A stretch of DNA of 64,000 nucleotides from Somniosus microcephalus (taxonomy: Eukaryota). Position numbers and translations under genes: made by a program. Below, piece by piece: positions 24,901 through 39,530 of the stretch (positions are counted from its first letter, which is position 1; the number at the start of each line of letters is the position of its first letter). The stretch is from the NCBI GenBank assembly GCA_052327205.1, contig CM126202.1:262322001-262386000 (forward strand), given 5' to 3'. Below the pieces are notes generated by a model, which was not told the origin of the DNA, did no database searches, and was given only the letters and a program-made list of their open reading frames with translations.

Positions 24901-26804
24901 CCACAAGGTCAGACCTCAATTATAGTTCTCATTTTCTTTGTGTAAGTAGTGCTGGTAATGTGGGCTAAGTGTGTGTGTGTATTTCCAAGGATTGTGGGGG
25001 TGGGAAAGAGCACTCTTGCCAGTTAGCCATCTCCTGTTCTCCACTTGACAAGTCATTCTGCTTCTGTATACACATGCACACCCCCGTTTACTGTTCCTCT
25101 TCCCCTTGTTACATTCACATCTTCCAGTTCTGACAAACGGTCTGCACTTGAAAAATCATCTCGTCAGCTCCCTTCACAGGTGCTGCTTGACCCAAGAAGG
25201 AGTTTGCATTGTATCCAAATTCTAACATAACTTAGCCTTTAGACTGCATCACTTCATTTTTAAAAAGGATCTTGATCATTTTAATGTTGAAAGTCAACCA
25301 ATCCAGTGATTTTGGTGTAATTAAGAGGCGGTTAGAATCACATGACACTGCAGCAGATGTTTATAAAAACCAGAGTATCGTAATGTCTGCTGCCATCTGG
25401 TGGTCCAAACAGGAACTGCAAACAAACATCAGCTTTAAAAGTGCGAGAACACAAAACTTTAAAAAGGCACAATTGTGTCTTTGGGTAGGTTAAGTCCCTA
25501 AAACACTGGTTTGAAAAAAAGGTTTCCACAACGAACATTGTGGATTCTGGGAAAGTCTGCGTCGTAACACAAACTATTCCAACGTGATCGGCAGTCATGG
25601 TATATTTGTTCTCTGGAGACATGGGAAAAAGAAACCAGTGACTCATGTTGCAACGCGGCTTCCAAAACCCTGAGCTTAGACACCTCACGCAATTGACCAC
25701 TCTTAATTGTAGACCCAAGACAGCGAGTGTCATCAGGCTCTTGGTTGCAGAGGGTATCATTGCCAGATCCGATACCATCCTCACCCATGAGCATTTTCTA
25801 GCGTGAGGAGCATGGCTGATATTTTTCTCTCCACTTCACCACCTCCTCAGGGACACTCACACCACTTGCAGAATCACATTGATCGCCTCAGCTGTGGTCA
25901 AGTAATTCAGCAGAGAAAAAAGGATCGAACTTGGGACATTCTTAGTCTATGTGGTTCTGTAACCATGCCACATGGTTATTGGAAAGAATCAACGTTTCTA
26001 ATTAGGTTTCTAAAATTATCTGCCAGTGCATTTTAGAAGGATGTATCTATTATTTGGCACTACTGTCTTGGTGTACACATTAATTTGCATTAAGGTAGAA
26101 CTTGTGCATAGTGCTTCACATTAAGTGTGCTTGAAAAGTGGAGCTGTCCCGATGGCTAATCCTGGATTATACAGTGAAGAGTTGAGCCCCAAGTACCCTG
26201 GTCTGTGCAGAAATAGCTGATTTCAATCAGGAAGGCTGCAATTGATCAGCAAGTCCCAGTTTAGGGTCTGGGTGTTTTAGGGGGGGGGGGGGGGGGGGGG
26301 AAAGAAAGAGAGGAGAGCGCAAAAAATTGGCACTTTCAACACCTGACTGCTTTCCAGTGATCGTCGCTGGAACTAATTAGGCATTGAAGGACAAGATCTG
26401 GTTCCACGATCATGTCTGGTAACTGAATACTTGGGTGACTGCAATTTGCACCTATGGAACAATACCCGCAGCAAGTAATCAACATATTTAGGAAAGGAGG
26501 AAAGGGGAGGAGAGATAATTGGGGACCAGAAAAAAAAACTGTTCCTGACTGGCCTGGAAACTGACCAGAATATTCTCCAGCTATTGGCTGAGCAACAGAA
26601 ACTGCTCTGATTTAGGCGCTGCTGTTTTAGGTGGCCATTGACAGTGTGTCCTGATTTATTGAAGTACAATTAATACGAGAAAAAAGTAATCACAAAGAAA
26701 ATGCGGGCAAGTTTAGATCGTTAATTTTATAACAATGCCAGTCTCATTAAGCTTGCATGTTTAACTATTGCATTCAGGCAACTTATATAACAGAAATTAC
26801 ACTG

Positions 26805-28864
26805 CTAAAATTGGTTGTGGTGGTTGGAGGTTAATCATCACAGCCCCAGGACATCACTGCAGGAGTTCCTCAGGGCAGTGTCCTAGGCGCAACCATCTTC
26901 AGCTGCTTCATCAATGACCTTCCCTCCAACATAAGGTCAGAAATGGGAATGTTTGCTGATGTCTGCAGTGTTCAGTGTCATTCACAACTCCTCAAGACAA
27001 TGAAGCAGTCCATGCCCGCATGCAGCAAGACCTGGACAACATTCAGGCTTGGGCTGATAAGTGGCCGGTAACATTCACGCCACACAAGTGCCAGGCAATG
27101 ACCATCTCCAACAAGCAAGCCTCTAACCACCGCCCCTTGACATTCAACGGCATTACCATCGCCGAATCCCCCACCATCAATATCCTTGGGGTGGGGGGTC
27201 ACCACTGATTAGAAACTGGACCAGCCACATGAATACTGTGGCAACAAAAGCAGGTCAGAGGCTGGGTACGGTGCAGCAAGTGTCTCACCTGACTCCCCAA
27301 AGCCTTTCCACCATCTGCAAGGCACAAGTCAGGAGTGCGATGGAATACTTTCCACTTGCCTGGATGAGTGCAGCTCCAACACCACAAGCAGCTCAACATC
27401 ATCCAGGACAAAGCAGCCCGCTTCATTAATACTCCATCCACTATCTTAAATATTCACTCCCTCCACCACCGGCGCACCGTGGTTGCAGTGTGTACCATCT
27501 ACAACATGCAATGCAGCAACTCCCAAACCCACGACCTCTATCACCTAGAAGGACAAAGACAGCAGGCACATGGGAACACCATCAACTCCAAGTTCCCCTC
27601 CAAATCACACACCATCCTGACTTAGAAGTATATCGCTGACCCTTCATCGTCACTGGGTCAAAATCCTGGAACTCCCTCCCTAACAGCACTGTGGGAGTAC
27701 CATCACCACACAGACTGCAGCGGTTCAAGGCGGCGGCTCACGTGTATGTACATAGATCCCTGAAGGCAGCAGGTCATGTAGATAAGGTGGTTAAAAAAGC
27801 ATATGGGATACTTGCCTTCATTAGCCAAGGCATAGAATACAAGAGCAGGGAGGTTATGATGGAGCTATCCAAAACGCTAGTTAGGCCACAGCTGGAATAC
27901 TGTGTGCAGTTCTGGTCGCCACACTATAGGAAGGATATGATTGCATTGGAGGGGGTGCAGAGGAGATTCACCAGGATGTTACTTGGGCTGGAGTGTTTCA
28001 GCTATGAAGAGAGACTGGACAGGCTTTTTTTTTATTTATTTTTTTTAAATTGGTTTATGGGATCAGGGTGTCGCTGGCCAGCATTTATTGCCCATCCCTA
28101 GTTGCCCTCGAGAAGGTGGTGGTGAGCCGCCTTTTTGAACTGCTACAGTCCGTGTGGTGATGGCATTCCCACAGTGCTGTTAGGTAAGGACTTCCAGGAT
28201 TTTGACCCAGCGACGATGAAGGATCGGCGATATGCTTCTAAGTCAGGATGGTGTGTGACTTGGAGGGGAACTTGGAGGTGCTGGTGTTCCCACGCGCCTA
28301 CTGCCCTTGTCCTTCTAGGTGGAAGAGGTCACGGGTTTGGGAGGTGCTGCCAAAGAAGCCTTGGCAAGTTGCTGCAGTGCATCTTGTTTTCCTTAGAGCA
28401 GAGAAGGCTGAGGGGGGACATGATCGGGGTGTACAAAATAGAGGGGCATAGATAGGGTAGATAGAAAGGAACTTTTCCCCTTAGTTGAGGGGTCAATAAC
28501 CAAGGGGCATAGTTTCAAGGTAAGGGGCAGAAGGTTTAGAGGGGATTGGAGGGAAAACTTCTTCACCCAGAGGGTGGTTGGAATCTGGAACTCACTGCCT
28601 GAAAGGGTGGTAGAGGCAGGAACCCTCAATATTCAAGAAGCATTTAGATGAGCACTTGAAACACCACAGCATACAAGGCTACGGACCAAGTGCTGGAAAA
28701 TGGGATTAGAATAGAAAGGGCTTGATGACCGACGTGGACACGATGGGCCGAAGGGCCTCTTTCTGTGCTGTATAACTATGACTATGACTCAAGGGTAACT
28801 AGGGATGGGCAATAAATGCTGGCCTTGCCAGCAACGCCCACATACCATGAACGAATAAAAAAAA
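26805..28864 (+). mobile_element. nested LINE cluster: outer CR1-clade LINE (26805-27741 plus 28788-28864), inner CR1 (27742-28789), innermost antisense copy of the outer family (28025-28383)
   Basis: RT motifs [14 protein letters not shown] and RPQLEYCVQFWSP; the interrupted sequences resume after each insert. Confidence 0.85.
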
Positions 28865-30679
28865 TTACAACAGTGCACTTAAATTAGCAAATGTTTTAGA
28901 TAGCAGCACAGCTTGGCACAGCCATTCAAAAGGCCCAAGTTCAAAATGCAAGTGATAACTAACATTTGAACGATAGGTTTTGCTGGTTCCCACTGGTTTT
29001 GCAAACTGATCCTTCATGGAGGAGAGCACCAAATGAGGATGGAATAACAGAAGAGTGAGAAGATTTATCTTGTCTCAATTGCCCGAGAGGGTTGGAGAGG
29101 AATTATCCAGTTAATTTTTTTTCCCTTATTGGCCATGGGTTTCTCTCTGGTTGATTGCCTCTCCTAGGATTTAAGGGGGCAGGGGGGTGAAGAAAAGGAA
29201 GTGTTTAGTCATGACGTTCCAACCATCATGGTGTGGGGCAGGCTTGATGAACAGTTGGTCTTTTCCTGCCCGTCAATTTTGTATAATTAAGATAATATCC
29301 TAATTAATTTCCATTTGTGCCACATTTCAAACAGTAGATACCACTGGGTGACAAAGCATGTGCGCTATCCTATTAAATGAGACAAATGAAAGGGATAAGG
29401 TGGTGTTTATGCATTGCATGGGGTGCTGCCATTCAAACTGCTCAGTTTAAGAAAGACACGGGCTGTAGTCTCGGGACAGCATTACAATAATTCAGTAGCA
29501 TACAATAGGGCCCAGGCACAATTTACTAAAAGTTTTCCTGCAAACTCCGAGACTATCAGAGTCTCAAAAGCTTTGGGGCCATTCGGCTAAAAATGCAGCG
29601 GGTAGAGTCTTGTATGGGAGTAAAATCGATCATCGCATGGACATGGCTGCTCCTCCATGCCCATGCCGTAACATATTAACCCAGAAAGCAAGAAACTTTG
29701 GCAGGGCCAGTGCTCATAAGCACCCTAAAAAAAAGTGAGCTATATAAAAGGATATGTCTCCTTATATTTTAGCCTGACTGGGAAAGTATTTGGAAACAAA
29801 CTGAAGCCCCTAAACTTGTGCCTCATTTAAGCCACCAATGCAGAAGTCTGAGTTTGTCAATTATACAATTTAAAATACTGATCTCAAAAACAGATAGTGA
29901 AAGAACACTAAAGAAGAAAAACCAAGATCCTTTTAACCTCATTTTCAGTTTCTTCCGAGGCTTAGATGCCCATTGCTGAAACAACTTAGCACAGCTGCAC
30001 ATGAAAACACATTTCACAAGACAAAGATTAAATACAGATGAAGTGGGGTGGGAGGAGGCTCGCATAATGGTTTTAACGATGAAGACAAATTGAATTACTC
30101 TCGATGTCAGCTAATTCCCGTCATTTGAGTAACTTCCTGATTTAGAGTCGGCAAACAGAATACGACATTTTTTGTGTAACAGTTAGTGTGCACTATATTA
30201 GTTTACAAAGCACTACAGTAGAGCTTGCTTGTAACCAGCTCGACTACTGAAGTTTTATTCTTGGTGCAATGTGACTCCATTTTAAGACCAACGTAGTCAC
30301 TGCACATGTCGAGCCTTATTTCCTGGGCCACTCCCAGGGCATCAACCCAAGAATTAATCAGCAACCAGTCTTGTTAATTTCCTAATTGACTCCAACCCAT
30401 CAGCTGTTACCAAAGGCAAATCAGATTTGTTAGCATTCCACAAACACAGACAAGCAAACAGTTCCACAAAATAACAAACTTACAGCACTCAAATTCTGCT
30501 TTGTTTTCAGGGTTGTCACCGTGCAGCAAAAGTAGTTTCACTTTCATGGTTTTTTTTTTCCTTGCCCGAGGTTTCCAACTTGGCTAAGTGTCAACTATTT
30601 GTTGCTAATTCAGATGGCAACCGAGAACCAGCTCAATTTGCTTTAACCCTTACAGCATCAGTATAATACAAGGATATAG

Positions 30680-31010
30680 AAATTATAGAATCTACAGCAC
30701 AGAATGAGTCCATTCAGCCCAACTGGTTGATGACTGTGTTTATGGTCCACACGAGCCTCCTCCCACCCCACTTCATCTAAAACCCTGTTCGCATAACCTA
30801 TTTCCATCTCCCTCGTGTTTATCTAGCCTCCCCTTAAATATATCTATGCTAGTCGCCTCAACTACTCCAATATGGTAGTGAGTTCCACATTCTCACCAGT
30901 GAGTGATGATTCTTCTGAACTCCCCATTGGATTTATTACTGACTATCCTGTATTTATAGCCCCTAGTTTTGGACTACCCCACAAGTGGAAATATCTTCGA
31001 CATCTATCCT
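30680..31010 (-). mobile_element. CR1 3' fragment
   Basis: Aligns by eye to 24465-24800. Confidence 0.8.
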
Positions 31011-31842
31011 ATTACATATTCAGGATCTGGCTGGTCACAAACGACAAAGACCAACGAGGTTCTGACGATGGATCTATGTTCGCATAAATCCACCTCCCCC
31101 CTATAGTCCACTGCTCCAAGAAAACAGAAAAGACAACCAAGGCACAAAGTTATTAAATTCACTCTTCAGGCCAGAGGACTGCAAGATAAACAGCAGCAGC
31201 AGAATGGGATGCATTTCTGAAGCTCGCCTTCAGTTTGGTTACAACCATGCAGGAGGCCAAGTACAGAAAGGCAAAATTGGGAATGGGGAGGTGAGGTGGA
31301 GCTGACGTGTTCTGACTTCTTGCGGTTCGCCACAAGTCATTGTTGGATAGACCAAACACGGTAGACTGCTTTGTCAGAGAGCAGAGTGCACCCTGTACAA
31401 TGAATACCGTAGACCGGAAGTACAGGCAAGTTGCTGTCTTGCACGCAAAGCCCGTGTACACCAGTCTCACATTGTGTTGAAATATTAGGCCAAGTACTCG
31501 ATGGGATAAATTGTCTCCCTCGCACTCAATTTAATTCATCAATTAAATAGACACGTGTCTTAGCAACAGCTCAACAAACATGCGAAGTAGAAGGTCTTTA
31601 GTTACACGTCAAGGTTTCCCTTCTGCCAATATCCAGCTTCCCTTAAAGTAAATGTGTCAGAGGCATAGCTTTCCCCTTTTTATGAAAGAAAGGTGATCCT
31701 GTTTCCTTGTTTTACCCTGCAAATCATTCTGCAATTTTTACATTTTTTATTTATGGTGAGAAAATTTAGCAGGATGAGCCACATTTTATTTCAGAAGCGC
31801 TGCAACATTCCTCCAAAATACACAATGTCGAGATACACTTAC

Positions 31843-31989
31843 AGCTTGGTTGGGCAAGTTGTCGGTCTTCAATTCCCGGTGGTTAGAATACTGGATGTAG
31901 ATGGGCTGATTGCGGAGGTGTGGAGTGACTGTGGTGTAATAGTTCACCATAGTAACAGCTGCTTCTTCTGAAGCCATTTCAAGGAAAGC
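31843..31989 (-). CDS. PTBP3: PTBP3 exon, 147 nt ([49 protein letters not shown])
   Basis: ctgcag acceptor, gtaagt donor; RRM1 C-terminal half. Confidence 0.97.
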
Positions 31990-32939
31990 CTGCAGCAGGA
32001 GGAGCAGGGAAAAGCACTGAAAATTAATAACCCGCAAAACAACAGTTTGTCTTTTTTTTTTTTTAAAACAATCATAGAAGTGAATCTCCACATTGAAGCA
32101 TTGTACTTGAGAATTCTGATCACTACTGCTGCTGATGATCCAGATACTGTACCTTAAAATGTTGTTTAATGTTGCGTTGGCCCCTCATCTAAAATGAGCT
32201 ATTCCAGTAGATGATGTCATAATTCAAGTTTAGCAGATAATGAGAGGGACATGGTTGCGATTCAATTTGAGACGTTACAGAAACAGTCTGTTGAAAACTA
32301 GGCGTCGCAGCAAATTGTACAGCAATAAAAAACACATCTCGTGAGAACTGGTCATACAAAAAGCATAAACAAGCTACTCTCTAATGTCCACATTGTCCAT
32401 GAATCAGTTATCTTTTGCAAGTACAATTTCCCAAAAAGACTTCACTTGCTGACAACAGGCCTCTGATAAGTCGGGTTTAAAATGCTACACAATCATCAGT
32501 GTTAGTGTGTGTGTAATTGCATGACAAGGGCACATGGATTATCAAAAGAAATTTCACATGCAAAAACAGAATGATTTAATCCAGCTATCCATAATCTGTT
32601 GAGGGGAGTGGAGTGAAAAATGACCCCAAAAAAGCAGTGTACCTAGAAGCATTTTACCACTATGGTTCAACTTCCCTTCACGTAAAATAAGACCTGGTGT
32701 GCTAAAGCCAATAAACCGTCTGGCCGATCACAAGATCAAAACTGAAGGCCTGGGGAAATGAGGCAAGATATAGGACAGGACAAACAAAGCCTTTGCCCTC
32801 GAGAGGGGAGGGCCCGTGAAGGTAAAAGTTTTTAAGTTGTTTTCAAATTGGATGTGTGAATGAACAAGTAAATACTGTGGTTTCTTTTGAGAAAAGTATT
32901 GATTTTTTGTTAAATACGTTTTATAATATATTATCTTAA

Positions 32940-33305
32940 CATTTGGAAACACACAAAATTCTTACAGGGCTGATGCAGGGAGGATATTTCCCCCAGCTGG
33001 GGAGTTTAGAACCAGGGGTCACAGTCTCAGAATAAGGGGTCAGCCATTTAGGACAGAAATGAGAAAAAATTTCTTCACTCGGTGGTGAATCTTGGGCATT
33101 CTCTACCCCAGAGGGCTGTGGAGGCTCAGTCTTTGAGTACATTAAAGACAGAGAGCAATAGATTTTTGAATATTAATGGAATCAAGGGATATGGGGATAG
33201 CGCAGGAAAGTGGAGAGGAGCTAGATCATCAGCCATGATCTTATTGAATGGCGGAGCAGTCTCGAAGGGCCAAATGGCCTCCTCCTACTTATGTATGTTC
33301 TTAAG
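32940..33305 (+). mobile_element. CR1 3' fragment
   Basis: SLPQRAVEA peptide plus tail. Confidence 0.85.
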
Positions 33306-34599
33306 TTTTATATCGTGGGGCGGATGAGAAAAGCAATTTGGGCACCAAAAGGACTTGGAAAGAACCTAGGGAGAGAGATTGTGAAATAAGTATTGACAAG
33401 TTTGTTGACTGACTCGGAGCCAAAGCAGAGATTTTTTCTCTCTGCTAAGTGAGACACACCCTATAAGGATTTTTTTTTATTTTATTTTTTTTATAATTGC
33501 TAGCTGTCACATGGCACTGCTCACAGCAGTAAGAGGCTATGCTGATTGAAAACAACAGGGGTGTTATGCCATGCCATGAATCAGGGATAAGAATCTTTTA
33601 ATTGCCTTATGTGCCTGGGATTTTTACCAGTGCTTTGGTGATTAAAATCTGCAACAAGGTCCATTATTCTGTGAAAACTGTAAATGAGTGGAGTGGCCTT
33701 CATTTTGAGATCTCTCTAATCTCGTCCTCATTTTTAAAAAGTTGAGCATACACAGCAAAACTATATGCAAGGTACACTAGTCGCAGGTACATATTTAGCA
33801 GTGTTGGGGTTTAGCTGCATGTGGGCAGCACTGAGGTGGTGGAGGGGGGAAAAACCTGAAGCTTGGGCAGAACGCGAGGAAATTGTGGGGTTTGGTTCAT
33901 TGGTGGATTCTCAGAGTCCAGAAGGGCAAGGGCCACATTTTCTCTGCCTGATTTTCACACTGCATTGCAAACCCAGTAGAGGTTTATTTCAGCATTCAGA
34001 GTCGTGGGAAGTGCAATAGCACCACCCGACGCCTGCAACTGCAGTGCTAAAAATACAGATATAGGGTTTTGCTATGACAGCATGTTGGTATAGCTATTTC
34101 CCATTGTAAATGTTGAGACACAATGCATGACTCACAAATCAGGACACAAAATAGGATTGTGTGGACATGAAATGCACACCATGAGAGACTTAATAAAAAT
34201 AGTTAATCTCCTACTGGAATTACAGAGTCAAGACCAAGTGTAATCATCTTGTGAAGCAGGGTTAAAGGGCAGGGAATAATTGAACCGGGGCACACAGATG
34301 TAATTCAGCCCCCATTCTGTCCTTATTTTAATATGATGCTATGTTCCTTTTTTAAATTGTAGTCAAGTAGGAAAGGTTGCAGCAATTTGGTTGGAGCACA
34401 GCTCAAGGATCTGAGATGCAAAACTAAACTGCTATAGCACCACCACTGGTGGGAGGGTATAATTATACTATGACAAGTTTGCATAGGCAATTTTCATTAT
34501 AAATGTGCATAGTCAATGCCCACACACTTGCACTTACAGACTAAAGTCAACAAAACCCACTTTGGCAGATATTCAATGCATGAGATGAGTTTCTTTTTA

Positions 34600-34820
34600 A
34601 ATGCAGCAAGTTTATGATAATCTGGAATTCACTGCCCGAAAGGGCGGTGAAAGCAGATACAATAACAACTTTCAAAAGGGAATTGGATAAATACTTGAAG
34701 GGAAAACAATTACAGGGCTATGGGGAAAGAGCAGGGAAGTGGGGCTAGTTGGAAAGCTTTTTCAAAGGGCCAGTACAGGCACAATGGGCTGAATGGCCTC
34801 CTTCTGTGCTGTACGATTCT
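34600..34820 (+). mobile_element. CR1 3' fragment
   Basis: WNSLPERAV-type end plus ggcctccttctgtgctgta tail. Confidence 0.8.
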
Positions 34821-36549
34821 TTAGGATTTAAAACAGGAAGTTTTGCAGAAAGTAAGTATAGATAATAACTAATGAAGCTCTGGTCATATTGCTTATATTA
34901 AGTTGGATGTACTGTTTTATAAGGGTAAAAAAGTGTTGTGCCATGTTGCATTATTCTACTGCTAATTTGGAGCTCTATCTCAGAGGCCACAAAGGCTAAT
35001 CCCGCAGGCAGAGTTTGTTTGATGAGAATTTTGCAGATTCATCCCAAGCATTGTTGGCTCAAATCCAATTTCACACTCGTGCATCTCAGCAGTTTGTAAA
35101 TGTTCTGCCTGGGTCACAGTAAACTCTGGGTACTGCATTAAGTCAGGAGCAGGGCAAAAACTAACACCCATTCATGCATACACAGAGGGATTGGATCTCT
35201 CGTTCTTCCTAGAGTTCTGATACAACAAGCATTATCCTGCTGAAATGCATTTCCACAAGAGTAAAAGGAGCACCCACAATGTATCGCTCACATAATTCAT
35301 CAACAGTTGTAAATTCCAGCTCCCCAGTCCACATGAGATTTCAAACAAACCAGAGACTCCACATAAAAGGGTATGCCTCGCAGAGGCAAACATTTTTTGC
35401 AGGCATTTCTAACAATCAATCACCTTTTATGGGTGTGTTTAGCAATCTCCCCCCAAAGGTATGGGCTATTTGTGTCCACTATCCAAGAATTGAGACAGAT
35501 TTGACACTTAATTATACAGATTGACTGATTTTCCTAAATTTAGTTACGAAAGCATGGCTTAAAAATCATTTATTTCACTTTGTTCACCATGTACATTTTG
35601 ACCAATATCTCAGGGACCAAATCAGGCTTCCATTTTGAGAGTGAGATACATTAGATAGGCAACCTGCTGCAGGCTGCATTCTGCCTGGTCAACAACTCAA
35701 TTGTAGTGGGGATTACTAGAAACAAGGTCAAAATCCAGTATAGGGAAAGGAGGCTATTAAAATGGCACTTTTTTTCTCCTGTGCTAGCTTATGTTTGAAG
35801 CACAAGATCGACAAGCAAACCACCTTCATCTCAAATAGTCTGCATTATATGCAAAGTTTTCCACCAGTAAAGGCAACAACCTGCATTTCTGCAAGGCTCA
35901 TTAGTGTTATGGCTCAATACATCTTTTATTCAGGGGGGCAGAGAGAGTTACAACTGAAGGCCAAAATCTGTGGGTGTACATGCAGTCATGACTTGCGTGT
36001 AGAACATGGTAACCAGAAACGGGAATACAAGGTAGAACATTGGAATCCAACTTGCTCATGAGGCTTACATAAACGAGGAGGTTTTTTTCTTTTTTGCTTC
36101 CAACCCTCCCCTGTCCCTTCTCATGCTATGCACCAACCTTGGTTAAGGGGCCAGAGAGGCCACCTTCTCCCTGAAAACTGTCTATGCTACTCTTCATGGG
36201 CTGTCAAAAGATAGGCAAAAGCAGCCTTAGGAAAAGACCCAGGCCATTTCCAATTTCTGCAGGAAAGAGCCTCACCTCTGCTCAAATGTATCCCCACCTT
36301 ACAGCAGCATAGCCAAGATTGTTAACTTTCAAAATAGGAGTACCTGCAGTCACAAACCCAGATTCAAGCACCCTGTAATGCAGTGCTCCAATACACATTA
36401 AGACAATGCCACATAGTTTATTGTTGATTTCATTAGTTTGTCACAAGGTGCAGTGGAACGGATATGGACCCTCCGATATTTATTCTTGCACTAATTTTTT
36501 TTTTTTTTTTTTTTTTAAAAAGTCTGTTGCCTGATTATCTTCCTTTCAC

Positions 36550-37005
36550 AGTAGCAAGATTCCTGGGCTGAGAGGGTTGTCCTTTGAGGAGAGATTGAGT
36601 AGAGTTTAGAAGTATGAGAGGTGATCTAATTGAAACATACAAGATTCTGAAGGAGATTGACAGGGTAGATGCTGAGAGGTTGTTTCCCCTGGCTGGAGAG
36701 CCTAGAACTAGGGGGCATAGTCTCAGGATAAGGGGTAGGCCATTTAAGAAGGGGATGAGAAGGAATTTCTTCACTTGGAAGGTTGCGAATCTGTGGAATT
36801 CTCTACCCCAAAGGGCTGTGGATGCTCAGTTGTTGAGTATATTCAAGGTTTAGATCGATAGATTTTTGGACTCTAAGGGGATCAAGGGATATGGAGATCA
36901 GGCAGGAAAGTGGAGTCGAGGTCAAAGATCAGCCATGATTTTAATGAATGGCAGAGGAGGCTTGAGAGGCCGTGTGGCCGACTCCGGTTTCTAATTCTTA
37001 TGTAA
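36550..37005 (+). mobile_element. CR1 3' fragment
   Basis: MRGDLIETYKIL...WNSLPQRAV. Confidence 0.9.
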
Positions 37006-37364
37006 GTATTTTTTAAATTAAATAGTTTACAGAAAGTTGAAATATCCAATATCTCTTCTCCAAATAAAGCAACACCCCTAGCCCATGACCAGCCCACACC
37101 AAGCACTTAATGGCCATTTTAAGCTAATCTCAAAATGCAAATTTGAAAAAAATGTACAATGAATTAAATTGTGTTGAATTGTTTGGTATATTTCGCCAAT
37201 TACAATAAATTTGCAGAAAAATTAGACACCTGATGAAAAATTGTGAAACATACATAAGAAACATTTATCACTCAGACATTTCAGTGAAGTACTGTGCCAA
37301 AAACCTGCAGTCCAACTGACATTATATTGCATTTCAGTTGAGAGAAAAAAAACAATTTACATAC

Positions 37365-37534
37365 CTGATTTTTCCCTTTTAACATCAATAGGTTAGTGAC
37401 TTTGCCGAACGGTAAACCTAGTGAAAGGACCTCTGCTTCTGAAACCTCATTTGGAATCTTACGAATATGAAGAACACGAGAGGGAGAGCTGGGAGATCCG
37501 TCTCCTTTAAATTTTTTGGTGTCGTTTCCATTAG
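37365..37534 (-). CDS. PTBP3: PTBP3 exon, 170 nt ([56 protein letters not shown])
   Basis: tttaag acceptor, gtatgt donor; NLS half KKFK and RRM1 start. Confidence 0.97.
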
Positions 37535-39412
37535 CTTAAAAGAGGAGAGGGGGAGTACCATTACTCGGTTGTGCTATTTCCTCTTATTAACACTGCACTG
37601 AATTCCCCCATATGCAGAACATTTGACAGGAAGGCCACAACAGGTTCAAGAGCTATGTAATTGTCACACACACACACACACAAATCATCTTGCATTTGTG
37701 CACTCACTTAACACCTGTTGAATTTTGCTGTTTTTATATAAACATACAACCCTGACAGGAAGTGAGAATACGCAGTCTATCACAGCTTCAATTCCCATTC
37801 CAAACTAAATTAGCTGACCTCAACGAGTGGATTCTTGATCAAAACCTCTGCACTGGGGCAAGAATTCACGTTCCTGATTATCCAGTGACACTCCGATAGC
37901 AACATGGGGATATCAGTTGAAAACAGGATTAAGAGTACAATACAATGATCAGGAGCAGAAACCCTGGCCAATCTTGCCTTCCCTACAGCCAACTGTAGTA
38001 CCTTGGTAGTGCCCCTACCACTGGCCCAGTTGACAACAGCTAACTCAGCACATTATAGATGGATATGTTTTCTACAGTTCAGCTAATCATGGGATAAATG
38101 GAGTGCTCAATCCCACTATTAACCTGGGGGCAGGATGTTCTCTTAATCTCGTTTGAGGTTTTTTTTTAAATAAAACTCATCTCCTCTAGTTTTGTGAGCA
38201 CAGTTTAAATTCAAGAGCCTGCTTACATGCATATCCATCATACCATGCAACATTCTAGGGATCAAAACTACATCCCTCACTTTAAAAAAAAACTTCCAAG
38301 TCCAAAATTAGCCTCACGGCTTTTCTACAAATCTCCTCTAATAGCTTTATGTTTAATTCATGGTAATGTCCCAAAAAATGCATACAATTATTCAATAGGT
38401 GGCCTGAGGAGGCTAAAATGACCAGTTTTAACTTATCAACTGTCTTTGTACCTTGCTGAGCCTTGAAGGTGACCGCTTTTGCATTCCCATTCAGTTAATG
38501 GGGGATAATCAATACACCCACCACCCCCCCCATTACTTTTCCATCTTGACCAATAAATACCTATCTAATGCATTGTACCAATTCCTTGCAACAGCATGCA
38601 TTTCCGTGAAGCCTTGCATTTTCAACAAAGGCATGGAAAAAATAAATCACATCAAAAACGTGTGAAATCTCAGCTTCAAAACACAATCAGTTGTAAGCAC
38701 AAGTGACTAAACTTGAAAATGGAAAATGAACTGGAATCTAGTCAATAGTAAAATTACAGAGGGCATGTCAGAGTGCATTTTAGCCCACGGTGCTCTGAAG
38801 CTGATTTCAGTTTTTAAATAATCACTCTTGCTACACTCTCTGCACTATATTGAACCAAAGCAAGAGCCAATGTAAATATAGTCACAAGGCAAGAGTTAGT
38901 TACACATCAAAATCTCTGGAGTATTTAACAAAATGAGGTTTTAAATCCTAACCATAACAGCTATGAACCTGTCAATTTTTGTTGAAAAGAATGGAAATTA
39001 TTTGACTTGGCGGCTTTGTTTATGAATACGTTTATGCACAGTCCAAGAATACGGGCCTAAAACTTTCAAATGAGGCAGCAACATCCCTTTAATCTTTAAT
39101 CCTAAATTTGCAGGGTGGAGTTGAGGAAGGAGTTTTCTACACACTTTCTAATTATACTTTGCCATTTGAGATAGATGCAAGGTTAATTTTGTAGAAGTTA
39201 ATGTTCCAGAAAAGATTGCGCCATTCTAAAAATCGGGGGGAAAATGTTTGAGTGTCAAGCAAAGTAAACCCATAAAAGCACACATGTAACCAAAACCCAG
39301 AATTTGGCTTTCTTCTGAAAGAGTCCAGCTACTTTGAAAATACAAAACTTATCAGAACAAACAGAAATACAGCAGCTGTTTTGCCGGTCTTTTGCTTTCA
39401 GAGTTTATCGTG

Positions 39413-39530
39413 AATGTTTCCTACATTACAACAGTGACTACACTTCAAAAAGTACTTGATTGGCTGTAAAGCGCTTTGGGACATCCGGTGGTCATGAAAG
39501 GCGCTATATAAATGCAAGTCTTTCTTTCTT
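39413..39530 (+). mobile_element. DeuSINE (AmnSINE1/SacSINE1-like) 3' part
   Basis: cctacattacaacagtgactacacttcaaaaag...aaggcgctatataaatgcaag plus (tctt)n tail; recalled consensus. Confidence 0.7.

Noticed and set aside
37708-37770. Possible microexon GGTTGTATG (GLY, resembling the GVY insert recalled from mammalian PTBP3 isoforms)
   Set aside because: The acceptor is reasonable but no GT follows the 9 nt; the other nearby donors give a frameshift or a stop.
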